Below are positions 23,909 through 36,800 of a DNA stretch of 45,365 bases, piece after piece. Within the stretch, counting starts at the first letter, position 1, and the number at the start of each line of letters is the position of its first letter. Below the pieces are notes generated by a model. The model searched no databases, had not been told where the DNA came from, and worked only from the letters and a program-made list of their open reading frames with translations. Source of the DNA: Jimgerdemannia flammicorona (Eukaryota); the NCBI GenBank assembly GCA_003990765.1, contig RBNJ01000062.1, positions 1 through 45,365 on the forward strand. Reading direction: 5' to 3'. The translations under genes and the position numbers were made by a program.

Positions 23909-26900
23909 ATGTCAAATACGCCAGGGAGTCCCTCGGCGGGTGCCGGAATGGGTACCGGAATGGGTGCCAGAATGGGTACCAGAACGGGTACCAGAACGGG
24001 TACCGGAACAGCCCCAGCGGCAACTACTACGACTGTCATGACGATGTCAATTCCAGCCCCAGCGGCTATTACGACAGTGCAAACGTCCAAGAGGTCTATC
24101 CCTATCTTCGACGGGAAAGATTACGCAATCTGGGCCTATCATATGAAGAATCTCCTTATCAAATGTGGCTTGGCGGACTACTAGAAGCCGCAAGCACAGA
24201 TTACGGGATACAATGTCGCTAACGACGAGAGAGCCTTACACGAGATTACGTTCACACTATCTAACGCACAACTGAAACACGTCATCTACGCTATAACAGC
24301 AAACGAAGCCTGGGAGATCTTATACGATCTATACCAAAAGGACTCCGCCTCAAACAGATTCCACTTGAAATTGCAACTATTCAGCCTACGGATGAAGTCC
24401 AAGAAGATGATCCGTGAATACGCCGATCGGGTTGACGAGCTGACGAATCACATTAATGCTCTAAGCGCACCAGCGGATTATGTCAAGGACGATGACAAGG
24501 TCCTGGCCCTTACACGTGGTCTTCCCGAGACGTATAATATCGTTGTCATCGTGATGATGGAGAGCGGTAAGCTTTCGGACTACAAACATGTGATAATGAG
24601 CCTCCAGAATGTGGAATCTCAGGCACAGGAGAACGACGATGACGAAAGAGCACTCTACGGCTCGCGTGGACGAGGCAAAAAGCAGTGCAAGGGTCAACAC
24701 GGCAAAAGCCAGTGCGACAAAAGCCAGCAAGGCCAAGACCAATCAGAGAAATTCGACGGGAGCTGCTATTATTGTGGCAAGTATGGACACCGTGCGAATG
24801 AATGCATGAAAAAGGAAAAGGACAAGGGTGAAAAGAAAGGAAAGAGTGGCAAGCAAGCGAATAGCGCAGATTCTAATGCCGATAAGGGAGGATTGTTCTT
24901 CGCCGATATAGTTTCGGACCCTTTTGGACTGGTGAAAAATGCGCAAGCCACCCCGACATCTACGAGATCTAGTTCTACATCCACCAGCGCCAGTTCTACC
25001 TGCAAATGTGCTTGCTCGACATCTACGGAACCCGACATTCGGAATACTTTTCAAGGTGCGAAAAGTGGCGGTGACGTAAACAGCATGTGCGCCAGCACCA
25101 GAGACGAGTATACACCAAGCGCTAACATTGCATGCGACGAAGAGGACATCTGGCTCCTAGATTCGGGCGCATCCCAGCATATGACTTCACACCACGAGTG
25201 GTTCTCTACGTACGAACCCTTTGACAACCCCGTGCATATCAGATTGGGCGATAATAAGGTTATATACGCTCAGAGGAAGGGCAATGTTGGCATGTATTTG
25301 CATGGAAACGTTAAGAAACCCTACGCGACCTTTATGGACGTACTGTACGCTCCAGGAATAGGAAAGAACCTCTTCTCGATGGGTCGAACGCTAGCACGAG
25401 GGGATAAGCGAATCTCAGGAACGTGCGATGGCGTGAAGATATACGATCTCGACAGCAAAGAAGCATTAACGACCAGGAAGCATGAATACTTATACGCAAT
25501 AAACGGAACGCCGAGTGGTGCAGCTGCGGCGAATGCAGCGTGGTCTGGAACGACCAGCGTAGTGTATACCTGGCACCGGAGACTCGGACATATCAGCCCG
25601 ACAAGCCTCGAATGTATGATAAGGAATGGTTCGGTGAGCGGACTCCCGGACAACTTACGCCCAGACCATATGCCATGTGATGATTGCGCAATGAATAAGG
25701 CCTGTCAACAACCCTTCCAGGAACGGACAAAACGAGCCTCAGGGATACTCGATTTGGTACACTCAGACATATGGGGACCTGCGAGAAATAAATCACACTC
25801 CAGGAAGAAGTATTTTATTACGTTCATCGACGACTATACACGCAAGGTCTATGTATACCTTATGGCGGTGAAGAGCGAAGCTTTGGAAAAATTCGGAGAA
25901 TACAAGGCTATCGTCGAAAACGAGACCGGATGTAAAATTCGAGCACTATGCTCAGATAACGGCAAGGAGTACGTTAATAATCAGTTCAAGAACTTCTTGA
26001 CGAGATACGGGATAAAACACCAAACGACGGCTCCCTATACGCCTCAGCAGAATGGCGTAGCGGAGTGTTTTAACCGAACGGTAGTGGAGATGGCCCGTAC
26101 AATGCTCAACGCGGCCGATCTATCGAAGCCCTTTTGGGCCGAAGTGGTGAATATGGCGGTGTATATACGCAATAGGTATATTTCTCGAGCTCTAAGCAAG
26201 GATGCTTGTGGCAACGATCAGCAATCCAGGAACGAGGATAATGCTACGCCACATCAGCTATGGAGTGGAAATCGGCCTGATATCTCACATCTACGCATAT
26301 TCAGAAGCGAAGCCTACGTGCTAGATAAAAGCGGAAATAAGGATAAGTTTGATCCAAAGGCTACTAAGCATGTGTTCCTCAGGTATAGCAATGGTTGCAA
26401 AGCGTATAGGCTGTGGAATCCAAGGAAGCGGAGAATTGTTAACTCCTATGATGTTACATTCAAGGAACCTGGCATACAGGATTCACATGTGAATATCGAG
26501 AAGATGACTACGATTACACATACGCTTCCGGGAACGCCCCCGGCAATCAACCTTACGCCTCCGGCGGCCAGTACTATGCCTCCGGCGAGTCCTCCGGTCA
26601 CACCCCTGAAGACACCCCCAAAAATGTCACCTATCCCGGTGAGGATTCCTTCGCCACCTCCTGGACCGAGGATAACTGAGATAAGGGATAGCGATGATGA
26701 GACTAGCAAAGCGGAGATGATTCTCCCATCTACGAAAGGTAAACAAAAGTGCAAATCCAGGACATTGGATACGGATCTAGGAGACTATTGGAATGTTCCG
26801 AAGACCCGACGCAAGCATCACGTGAACTATGCTTGCGAGTGTGCATACTTAACAACGGTGGATCCACGATTATATGACGAAGCTGTATCCTCCCCTGATA

Positions 26901-28466
26901 GCAAGGAGTGGAAGCAAGCGATGGATGAAGAGTATAATTCACTCATCAGCAACGGTACTTGGGATCTAGTACCTCTTCTGAGGGATCGTCAAGCTATAGG
27001 ATCTCGTTGGGTATATAAAGTTAAGCGTCAAAGCGATGGAAGCATAGAGCGGTACAAGGCACGCTTCATTGCTAAGGGATATTCACAGGATTACGGCGTA
27101 GACTATGACGAGACGTTCTCTCCTGTATTCAAGCTCACTTCTCTACGCATACTACTGGCTATCAGCGCCGAGTACGATTACGAAATACAGCAGATGGACG
27201 TTAAGACTGCGTTCCTGAACGGTGATGTAGATACGGAACTATATGTCCAACAGCCGCAAGGATACAAACTATACGACAGGCGAAAAGAGCTCGTATGCAA
27301 ACTACGTAAAGGGTTATACGGAATCAAGCAAGCAGCGAGACTATGGAATTGGAAGATCGATCAATACATATCTGCTTGACAACGGATTTCGGTGGTGTGA
27401 AGTGGATCCATGCATATATACACGACATACATCCTCAGGAACGGTATACTTGGGGATATGGGTTGATGACATCATAATCGTTGGCAAGAGGAGCCAAGTT
27501 AACGAAGTAAAAGCTACGCTACGCCAGAAATTCAAGATGACGGACTTAGGCAACGCGTCCTTCTTATTGGGGATAGCGATTACATATGACAGAAACGAGC
27601 ACGCTATACACCTATCCCAAGCCACCTACGCTAAGCAAGTACTTGAATGATTCAGGATGAGCGATTGTAAGCCAGTGGCGACGCCAATGGAAACTATGAC
27701 AAGGCTAAGGAAAAGTGACCCTACGCCTGACAAGAACATCTCCTATAGACAAGCGGTGGGATCTCTTATGTATCTTATGCAAGGAACACGACCAGACATC
27801 TCCTATGCAGTAAACAAAGTGGCGCAGTACGCCTCATGCTATGACAACTCGCATTGGACGGCAATTAAGCGCATATTCAGGTATATCAAAGGAACAGCGG
27901 ACTATACGCTCAGTTTGGGCGGTGATAAAGGACAAAGCGGGAGTCACGTGCATGTCTCCGGAGCTTGCGATGCTGATTGGGCCGGCGACCTTGATGACCG
28001 GTGCTCTATGACTGGATATCTCTTCCATATCAGCAAAGGGGTTATCTCGTGGCAAACACGTAAGCAATCATCGGTGGCCACATCCTCTATGCAAGCGGAA
28101 TATCAAGCATTGTCTACAGCAACTAAGGAAGCCGTATGGCTATGGGAATTACTAAAGGAATTAGGGTATACTCAGGAACGAGACTCTATGCTGATCTTAC
28201 AGGATAATCAATCTACGATTGCATTAGCAAAGAACCCTATACATCATGCAAGGACTAAGCATATCGACATTCAATATCATTATATACACGAATGCGTGGA
28301 AAATGATACTATATGCCTGGAATATACGCCAACGGAGTCTATGATGGCGGATTCTCTTATGAAGGCCCTTCTGAGGCCAAAATTCGAACACTGCGTGCAA
28401 GGGATGTGTCTTACGAGCAACCCTATGCTATGGCCAGGATTCAGGGACCACCAACAACAACAATAA
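23909..28466 (+). pseudogene. Copia Gag-Pol polyprotein with about 3 disabling lesions
   Basis: FDGKDYAIW, CYYCGKYGHRANEC, WLLDSGASQHMT, WHRRLGH, LVHSDIWGP, FIDDYTR, SDNGKEY, TPQQNGVAE, QMDVKTAFLNG, WVDD, DADWAGD, QDNQS, TKHIDI. Lesions: stop 24182-24184, frameshift at about 27365, stop 27648-27650. Confidence 0.97.
23938..24009 (+). repeat. 6 x 12-bp coding minisatellite in the Copia gag N-terminus
   Basis: Unit gggt(g/a)cc(g/a)gaa(t/c) x6, encoding GAGM GTGM GARM GTRT GTRT GTGT. Confidence 0.9.
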
Positions 28467-28804
28467 TCGACGCAAATCACGAGACTTTCCTAACGGCGAA
28501 AAGCCTCCAACATATACATCTTACATCCCCTATGAACATTGCACATCCGTACTGCATTTCTATTTGCAAGCAAGCAAGCAAACATTTCAAGCGGACATCC
28601 ATTTCAGACATTCGGACTGTTTATCAGTTCCTAGCGCACCCTTTCTACTACATATTCTACCTATTTTAGTGCTTATAAGCAGGGAATTCGGATATTTTTA
28701 GATTGATAGATAGCACCCATTCTACCTATCGTTTCCTGCATTGCATTCATTAGTTAGTTAGCATGCATTTCTGCAGTTTGAGCGCATATCTCATTGAGCG
28801 GGAG

Positions 28805-28970
28805 TGTTGAGATTTCTAGCTAATCAACTCGGTATGTAGCTCACATGAAGGTGGCGCAGCTCATGTGTGAGGACATCATCAGTGGAAACGTCATCAACGC
28901 GTAAATACGTGCTTCACACATATCAATAAAGATTGCTCCTTTATCTCTCAAATTCCAGTATTTCACAATA
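28805..28970 (+). repeat. 3' LTR of B
   Basis: Direct repeat of 23669-23834. Confidence 0.97.
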
Positions 28971-29324
28971 GATTTTACATTTTAAGACCTACTAGAACTG
29001 AACCAAGCTTCAAGAATACTTCAAGTTAGGACAACTACTGAATTCAAAACCAAACATAGGAAAAGAAGACAGGATCAAGGAATGTCAACTCTCCTATACT
29101 CAGATTACAATCACTAAGAGAGTGTACAAGTTATTCAAAGATGATGAACCAGCTCTATCTTATTTTCAAGAAGTACCCTCAACTGACTTCAGACACATCA
29201 AGAGACAACATTGGAAGAATATCATGGTACAAATCACACAATACAAGGAGATACAAATTGTAGAAGCCTGGGAGTTCAAGTAAATAAGATACTTTAGAGA
29301 TAAATCATCTATTCAGGAGAAAGT

Positions 29325-29772
29325 TGTAATGGTCAATTCAAATTAGTAATATGAATCAGGGAATTAGACATTTGATCATAGTATCTGAATCTGATTCCCA
29401 AATATAGCTTAGCCTTATAAATAGCAGTCATATTTCACCACTGGTGAAAACGTTACCATTGACAAAGTTTCAGGAGATGGCAAAATCTTCACAGATGGTA
29501 AAAGATTCAATACTAGCAGAAAATGATTCATTACTTAACCACCTTATAGCTAGCAAACTTGTATAAATAACCCAGTATCTTAGAGTGAATAAACCTCAGA
29601 TAGAAATAGTTCAAAGTAAAGAGAAAGTAAAGGAACTAGTAAGCCTGCAGGCAGATATACTTCAAACTCACCCACTCCTACATCCTGAGGACTCTATGGA
29701 GTCAAAGAAGATCAAGTTTTCAAGATATAGAAAACTGACATACTTCCAAGATTAAGTATCTGCTACATTACA
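29325..29772 (+). repeat. 3' LTR of C
   Basis: TGTAAT...CATTACA, followed by ATAT. Confidence 0.9.
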
Positions 29773-29851
29773 ATATTTATATATTTGTATACATATATAT
29801 TTATATATGTGTATTTGTATAGATATATCTAGTATATGAGTTATGTAGATA

Positions 29852-30200
29852 ATTCAGATTAGGGAATTCAGATTGATGGATTTGGATTAGATAATTCAAA
29901 TAGAATGATTCAGATTAAAGAATTCAGATTGAGTAATTTGGATTAAGTGATTCAGATTAAATGATTCAGATTAAATGATTCAGATTGAGTGATTCAGATT
30001 GAGTGATTCAGATTAAGTAATTCAGATTGAGTAATTCAGATTAAGTAATTCAGATTGAGTAATTTAGATTGAGTGGTTCAGATTGAGTAGTTCAGATTGA
30101 GTGATTTAGATTGAGTAATTTAGATAGAGTAATTTAGATAAAGTGATTTGGATGGAGTAGTTTGGATAGAGTGATTCAGATGGAGTAATTTGGATTAATC
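29852..30200 (+). repeat. 14-bp subterminal tandem array of the hAT (about 24 units)
   Basis: Consensus TTCAGATTGAGTGA. TTCAGA and TTTGGA variants imply ancestral TTCGGA. Ends about 100 bp from the TIR. Confidence 0.9.
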
Positions 30201-31443
30201 TGAGTTAATTTAGATTGTTTCAGATTTGAGATTCAGGTCAAACTGTTATATGATGAATTGAATCCAGATTTGATTTAAGTCAACTTATTTGGAGTACTAA
30301 ACATCTTAGTTGAATTAGCATATTGCTGCAGCAATATTCAATTAGAAAATTTTGGAATCTGGTTAGGAGTAAGACTTAATATATATAGGATTAATTTACT
30401 TAAGAGTAGTTTGTGAGTTATTAAATAGATTTATTTACTATTTATGATATTGCTATTAGCTAATACTAAGAGTAGTGTGTGAAGGAGTATTTGTGTAGAG
30501 AAGTGTTCTTAACTTATTCATCTGTATTCTTATCTAAGTTTCTGAGATCTGGAAGAGTGAGTATTTATAATAATGAGAGATTATCTGGATATTTTTTAAT
30601 GAGATCACTATTGATGACTTTATCTCTGATAAAGTAGTTATCTAGGAAGAGCAGTTCTTGGATGACATCTATCTATTCATCATATAGTAATATATTGAGA
30701 TCATATTACTATTTAACAGAATGATATCATCTGTCTTATATACTGAGTATAGTATTAGTGAGTAGAGAAAGAGTATATTGTCTACACTTTCATTGGATTC
30801 ACTATCAGTATATCTTCAATAAGTTATAGTGCTATGTATTGCAGAGGTATAGTATACTGATAGCAGTTTTTCATTTTGCTTGTTCTTGAAAGGTGGGGTT
30901 TTTAGTTCTATCTCAAGAGTTAGCTAGAGGTATAGATTGTATTTTCTGATCTCTTTATTATAGTTAAAGTAATTGAGTGTGAATGTAGATTAGTACTCAT
31001 ATCAGTGGTCATTATCTCAATAGGTCTTATATATAATTATAAATTATTATAAGGTCATTAGCAAGATTGGCAGAGTGATCAGAGTTGGTAGTGATTCTTG
31101 ACTAGAGGTTATATTAGCATTGAAGAGATCATTGTCTTCTACTTTATTATTATCAAACTGGATTATATTGTAGATATCCTTTATAGTATATTCAACTTAA
31201 GGCATTTGTAGAATGTGATCATCTAGATATGGGAAGGGTTCATCTGTAGTTTGAATATACTTAATATATTTGTGATTAAGTTCTTATACTATGTCATTGA
31301 TTTGGCTATAGGTTAAAGAGATAATCATTTCAGTAATAGTAACTCAGAGGTAGGGAATAACAGTACTGTGTTTATAAAAGAGTTCTCAGTACTTATATAT
31401 GATGAGTTTCTAGTATTGTAACATTTTGATAATATCTATATTA

Positions 31444-32400
31444 TTTTTTTTTTTTTTTTTTTTTTAGAGTCATGTGGACTTTTACTTTATTACTAAACTA
31501 TCTATAATATACTACTAATACAAATGTGCTCCTCATCCAATCCCACTCAGAAAGTCCCTCTCCCCCTCACCATTTCTCAAAAAATAATATCTATATCATA
31601 GTAGTGGTTAACTATATCTTCCAGAATGTAGTTGATTTAGTAGTAGCTTGAGATTTGTCCAATTTAATTGACCTTACAAAGTATATTCAGGGCATTCCAT
31701 TGAGCTCTCATGAAATAGAGAAGTGCTAGACTATGGATATTCATGAGGAGCAGGGGTGCTATAGCTCAGTTGATAATGGTATTCTAAATGTCAGTACAGA
31801 TGTAGTTATAGATTTCAGTAATCATAGCTAAGTATATATTTGAGAGTTATGGTTGTTTGTTTTGATTTATTATGGTTCATCATTTTGACATATTGTATAT
31901 TCAGTATATATACTTTTGGTCTTGATTAGAAAGGTTCTGTTTGTGTAAATCTTATATTCTGTAACTTTAAGCTAACTTAGCTTTATGATCTGTAACTTCA
32001 TTTTGACTCAGCTTCATGATCTGATAGATAATTTCTAAATTTGTTCTGAGGGTAATATGGCTTGGAGGTTGTATACTTATAACTCTCCTATTTGTAGTTT
32101 TTGACATTCTCATCAAGGTCTTCTAATTTGGTCTAGTGTTGTTATATCATTTGGATGGTCAAAAGTTCAGTAATATTCTTTTTTCTCAAAAAGTAGCATA
32201 CTTATAGTACAGTTGTCTAATATATTAGATTTATACATTAAAGGGTCATATATTTGATATCATACATCAGAAGTAATTCTGATATCATTCACTGCTGAAG
32301 AATTTTCTCTAAGGAGTCTTCTTAAATATCTATATCTCATTTTCCACCAGTGGTATAGAGAGAATAGACTGCTTTCAGTTTTGCTATTTCTCTAGAGGGT
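31444..32400 (-). mobile_element. Possible 3' fragment of a non-LTR (LINE-like) retrotransposon
   Basis: Poly-T run 31444-31465 (poly-A on the minus strand), downstream of an eroded frame EYTICQNDEP...TITLKYIL that could derive from a C-x2-C...ETxxH zinc finger. No TSD or RT found. Confidence 0.3.
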
Positions 32401-33331
32401 CAGTATTTCTTTTTTGTCTTGACTTGCTGAGTTCTTGATTTCTTCATGATAATTATAAGAGTACATTTAACAATATTCATGAGGGGTGATATATAGTATA
32501 GAAATAATAGGTATTAGAGTATTCAAACTAGCTATTCAAGGAGTTATATTCCTGAACTAAATAAGCAGCATTCTGGAGGTTTTATTTGAATTTCCATATA
32601 GCATCATAGATTGAATAATCTTTCTATTTGATAAGATATTCTAGATGATTCATATGGCTATATTTATTGAGAATTTATTTAACTTTATATTCTTTTTAGT
32701 CATTAATAATATATAATAGATACTAGTGGTTTTGTAGTTAGATTTGGGAATAGTTTATTATCATTTTTATTATATTGCTTGAGATATTGGACATTGAAGA
32801 TTGGGTGGATCTTGATGATATCTGGTAGTACTAATTTGTAGGATATTGGAGAGATTTGTGCAGTGACTTTGAATAGGCCAATAAACTTACTATTCAGCTT
32901 TGTAGAGGGTTTGTGCTTGAGGTTGTTAACTTAGTATCCTCAGTTATTTAGTAGAACTTTTTCTCTAATATTAAAATCTTCTTAGTAGTACTAATTGATA
33001 TATTATGATTGTTACTCTTGAGCTCAAGATAAATTCTCAATTACTATCTAGCTTAAGTTATACATTTGGAGTAAAAACTCTTCAACAGCTTCAACAGTAG
33101 AGAGTTCATCAGTAGTTCTGATAAATATCAGGAGAGTTTTCAGATTTTGTTCTATATTGGCAAGAATAAGGTCATTCTAAGAGATGCTTATTTACTATTA
33201 TCATATAGCAAACTTGACTATAGTAAGATATTCATACTAATCATCTTGCCTAAAGAAATATAGTTCCTTAGTATTTGTTCTAAAGTTCAGTTCATTCTTT
33301 TGGTTTAGCCATCAGTTTTAAAGTAAAAGGC

Positions 33332-33785
33332 TGTAACAATTTCACAGTCATATTTAGTCTTAGTACATTTTTTGCATCTTTTAGTCAGTCTTTTCTTGTC
33401 ATTTCTTGAATATTCTACTATATTCTGGCACCTTCTACTTGCTTAGAAACCTTCTCTCAGTACACAAACACTACTAGAACATTCTTGTCTTTCCTTGGTA
33501 TCAAGTATCTTATCTCAGCTAGTTATGGAACCTTTTGGAATATTGTAGAATAGTATTAGTCAGCTTTGCTGAGAACCTATTTCTTGGTATTTCTCTTTCT
33601 TTCCAAGATCCTTCCAGATCTTTCTTTCAGATCATGAATAAATATCTCTAAATAAAGCTCAGAATATTTTCTCCCAGAAATCCTTCAAGAATACTTGAAC
33701 CTTTAAGAATCTCTTCAAGCTACTTTAGGCCAACTAGAACTTCCAGATTTAGCTGCTTCCTCTTAAAGAAACTAGAACCATTATA
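33332..33785 (+). repeat. 5' LTR of E
   Basis: TGTAAC...CATTATA, matches 38975-39439 with one indel of about 11 bp. Confidence 0.95.
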
Positions 33786-33875
33786 CTTGGTAGCAGTAGT
33801 GTCATTACATCTTACCTTATTAAGAAACTACACATGAATTCGGAAACCAGTCAAAACTAGTCACATGAAACTGAA

Positions 33876-36800
33876 ATGAGCCATGAAGAATCAGTCTACT
33901 AGCCAGACCCCTCTGCTACAGAAGAAGCAGGAGGATTGCAGCTCAATATAGAAGATATGATCAATACTATGACCCATCAAATTTAAGAACTTCAAGTACA
34001 ACTAGAATAGCAGAAAATATAAACTATGAAAACATCACATCCTGCCATAGCACCAGTCAGTTTCAAGCCACTCAAGTCAGATACCTTCGATGACCATTGA
34101 GGAGGACTATCTACAGATACATGGATCTTCCAATTGGATCAATACTTCAAGCTCACAAGAATGGAAGATAACATGTAAGTCCAATTTACCACCACACTTC
34201 TCCAAGGAAATGCAGCCATATGGTGGCACAATTATATCATAGTTACATCTGTACACTTATATGCATAAATCAGAGATTGGGAAGCTTTCAAGAGAGCTCT
34301 TTATAAGTAGTTCAAGCCTGCTAATGCCACCAAGCTAGCCAGGAACAAGCTAGCGAATGTCAAGCAACTCAAGTCTATGCAAAGCTATAATGCACAATTC
34401 CTGTTAATACTACTTGAGCTACCAGTGGTATCCAAGGATGAAAAGATAGACCACTATGTCCAAGGTCTGAAGAGAAACACACAAGTCAAGGTTGAGCTAG
34501 AAGAGCCCAAAACTCTTGATGAAGTCATGAGAATTGCTGATAGATTTGATATCATCACCTTTGGTAACTGCTTTGAACCAAAATACCATAAAAAGAACCA
34601 CTTTGAGAACCACCACAGAAACCAACCAAGGACAGTTGGCCTGGTACCAATGGACTTAGACACCATGAACAAAATGAACACCAAGCTTACTCCTGAAGAA
34701 AAGGACTGTCTGAAGAAATCTGGAGCTTATTTCTTCTATTACCAAATAGGACTAATTGCAACCAAATATCCTAGGAAGACTAGCAAACCCTCAAGACCAG
34801 TCACCATATTGTCCAAGAACACACCTATCAATTCCACTACCAGCCAACTTGAGCTCAAGATCCAGAAGCTGCATCCAAAGGCCCAGGTTCCTTAATATCA
34901 AACAGAAGGAGCCATTGGTCTTGACCTACACTCAGTCAAATAAGTCACTATTCCAGCCAAGGGCCACACTTTGGTGCCTACTGGAATTATAGTTCAATGT
35001 TCTGAAGAACATTATGCTAAAATTGCACCATAATCAGGACTCAGTATCAAACATCATTTAGATGTAGGCACTAGTATCATTGATCCAGACTTTTGAGGAC
35101 AAGTTCAAGTCTTGCTCATTAACCAGAAGGATCAAGACTATACAGTTAAAGAAGGAGACCGAGTCGCACAAATGATCCTGGAAAAAGCCAGTCAACTCAA
35201 GATTACAGAAGTCCAAGAACTCTCTGAAACCAAACAAGATTAAAAGGGTTTTGGCAGCACTGATCAAGCAGTAAGTCTTAGTGAAAATTGAGCTCAAGCT
35301 ATGCTCATTTTCAAAGATCTAGTTAAAGGAAAAGAAGTTCAAGTACTCATAGACAGCAGAGCTGCAGGGAACTTCATCAATCAGTATCTCATTAAAAACC
35401 TCAAGATCCTCACCAAGCCTGCACCCAAGAACAATAGTATAGTCACTGCAGATGGTACTCTGCACCCCATTGAGTCAATTGCTGCCAAACTACCTATCAA
35501 GATCCAGAAATATTGGGAATGAGTAGACTTCAAGATTGCTCTATTAGGAGATTATGATCTGATCTTAGGAAAACCCTGGCTTATGAAACACAATCCAGAT
35601 ATTGATTGGTGTAAGAATGAAGTCACTTTACTTCAAGATGGAACCAATATTATAATCAAGACAGACAAGACCACAAGCAAGGCTCAGATTGCAATACTGT
35701 CAGCTATATAGTATAAGAAAGCACTCAAGAAGACAATGCATATCTTTATTGTAATGATCCACCCCAAGAAACAAGACATGAGACTATTAGTCAATAAAAG
35801 TATCAAGCTATTGTTAGAGAAATTCAAGGATATCTTTTCAGATAAGCTACCTGGCCTACCACTTACATGAGAAGTTGATCATGAAATTGAACTGACCCCA
35901 GGAGCTATACTATCCAAGAAACATATGTACCATATGTCACCATTCGAAATTGAAGCAGTCAAGAAGGAACTAGAAGAACTACTTGTATGAGGAGCCATCC
36001 AGCCAAGCAAATCTCCTTATGGCTCACCAGTCTTATTTGTCAAGAAGAAGAATAGTACCCTGTGAATGTACATAGACTATTGTGTACTCAACAAACTCAC
36101 TGTCAAGAACTGCTATCCATTACTCTTGATTGATCAAATATTTGATACTCTCAAGAATACCAAGAACTTCACTAAGTTAGATCTCATATCAGAATACCAC
36201 TAGATTCGAATCAAGCCAGAAGACATTCCCAAGACTGTATTCATGACCCTCTTTAGACTCTACAAATTCCTGGTCTTAGCATTTGATCTCACCAATATAC
36301 CCACTATATTCAAGACTCTGATGAACAAGATATTCAAGGACTAACTATTTATTTTCCTATTGGTATATCATGATGACATTCTGATCTTTAGTACAACTAA
36401 AGAAGAATACCTCAAACACATTTGAATAGTTCTGGAGATCCTGCAAAAACACAAGCTTTATGCCAAGCTCAAGAAGTATGAATTCTTTAAGGAACAAGAC
36501 AAATACTTTGGCCACATTATCTCTGTATAAGGAATTCAAGTAGACCCACATAAGATAGAAGCAATCGATAAATGACCCATTCCATCAAACCTTACAGAAC
36601 TCTGATCCTTCTATGGTCTAGCTGACTATTACTACCACTTTGTCCAAAACTTCTCTAGCATTGCTGAGCCACTGACTAACCTCATGAGAAAGGCCCCACA
36701 CTCAGACCACTATATACCCTATACCTGGGATCTCTTCTGTCAACAAGCCTTTCAAGAACTCAAGAACTACCTGATCCATGCCTCAGTCCTGTGTAATGTA

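Larger units (their letters stand above)
23669..28970 (+). mobile_element. Ty1/Copia LTR retrotransposon B (young, near intact)
   Basis: 166-bp LTRs with 6 differences, all transitions; 5-bp TSD GATTT (23664-23668, 28971-28975); PBS aGTTATGAGCCC; PPT gagcgggag; order gag-PR-IN-RT-RH. Confidence 0.97.
23515..29283 (+). pseudogene. Gypsy accessory ORF of C, split by the Copia insertion
   Basis: Removing B plus one TSD restores one frame: ...MEKSFDSIQSIVQTHLSWILHFKTY*N*TKLQEYFKLGQLL...ITKRVYKLFKDDEPALSYFQEV...WEFK*. Confidence 0.7.
21383..29772 (+). mobile_element. Internally deleted (non-autonomous) Ty3/Gypsy element C, interrupted by Copia B
   Basis: LTRs 21383-21829 and 29325-29772 (about 447 bp), TSD ATAT, PBS-like TGGTGCCCATTGGC at 21833, purine tract caggagaaag before the 3' LTR. 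Confidence 0.9.
5733..30299 (-). mobile_element. Full-length degraded hAT transposon copy 2 (about 6.2 kb once nested elements are removed)
   Basis: Left end aAGTGCTTCAAATA (5733) is an imperfect inverted repeat of right end TATTTGGAGTACTA (30299). Flanks ACCATCTT (5725-5732) and AACATCTT (30300-30307) form an 8-bp TSD with 7/8 match. (C/T)AGAT-type subterminal motifs occur at both ends. hAT transposase lies inside. Confidence 0.85.

Noticed and set aside
29852-30200. Regular short repeats resembling a CRISPR array
   Set aside because: Head-to-tail 14-bp units with no unique spacers and no cas genes, in a eukaryotic transposon context next to a hAT TIR.
30684-30712. 10-bp inverted repeat atagtaatat-N9-atattactat
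   Set aside because: Short and AT-rich in heavily eroded DNA; could not be assigned to an element end or function.
36362-36380. YHDD in the RT of E as a novel catalytic variant
   Set aside because: Single degraded copy with many lesions; most simply a point mutation from YLDD.
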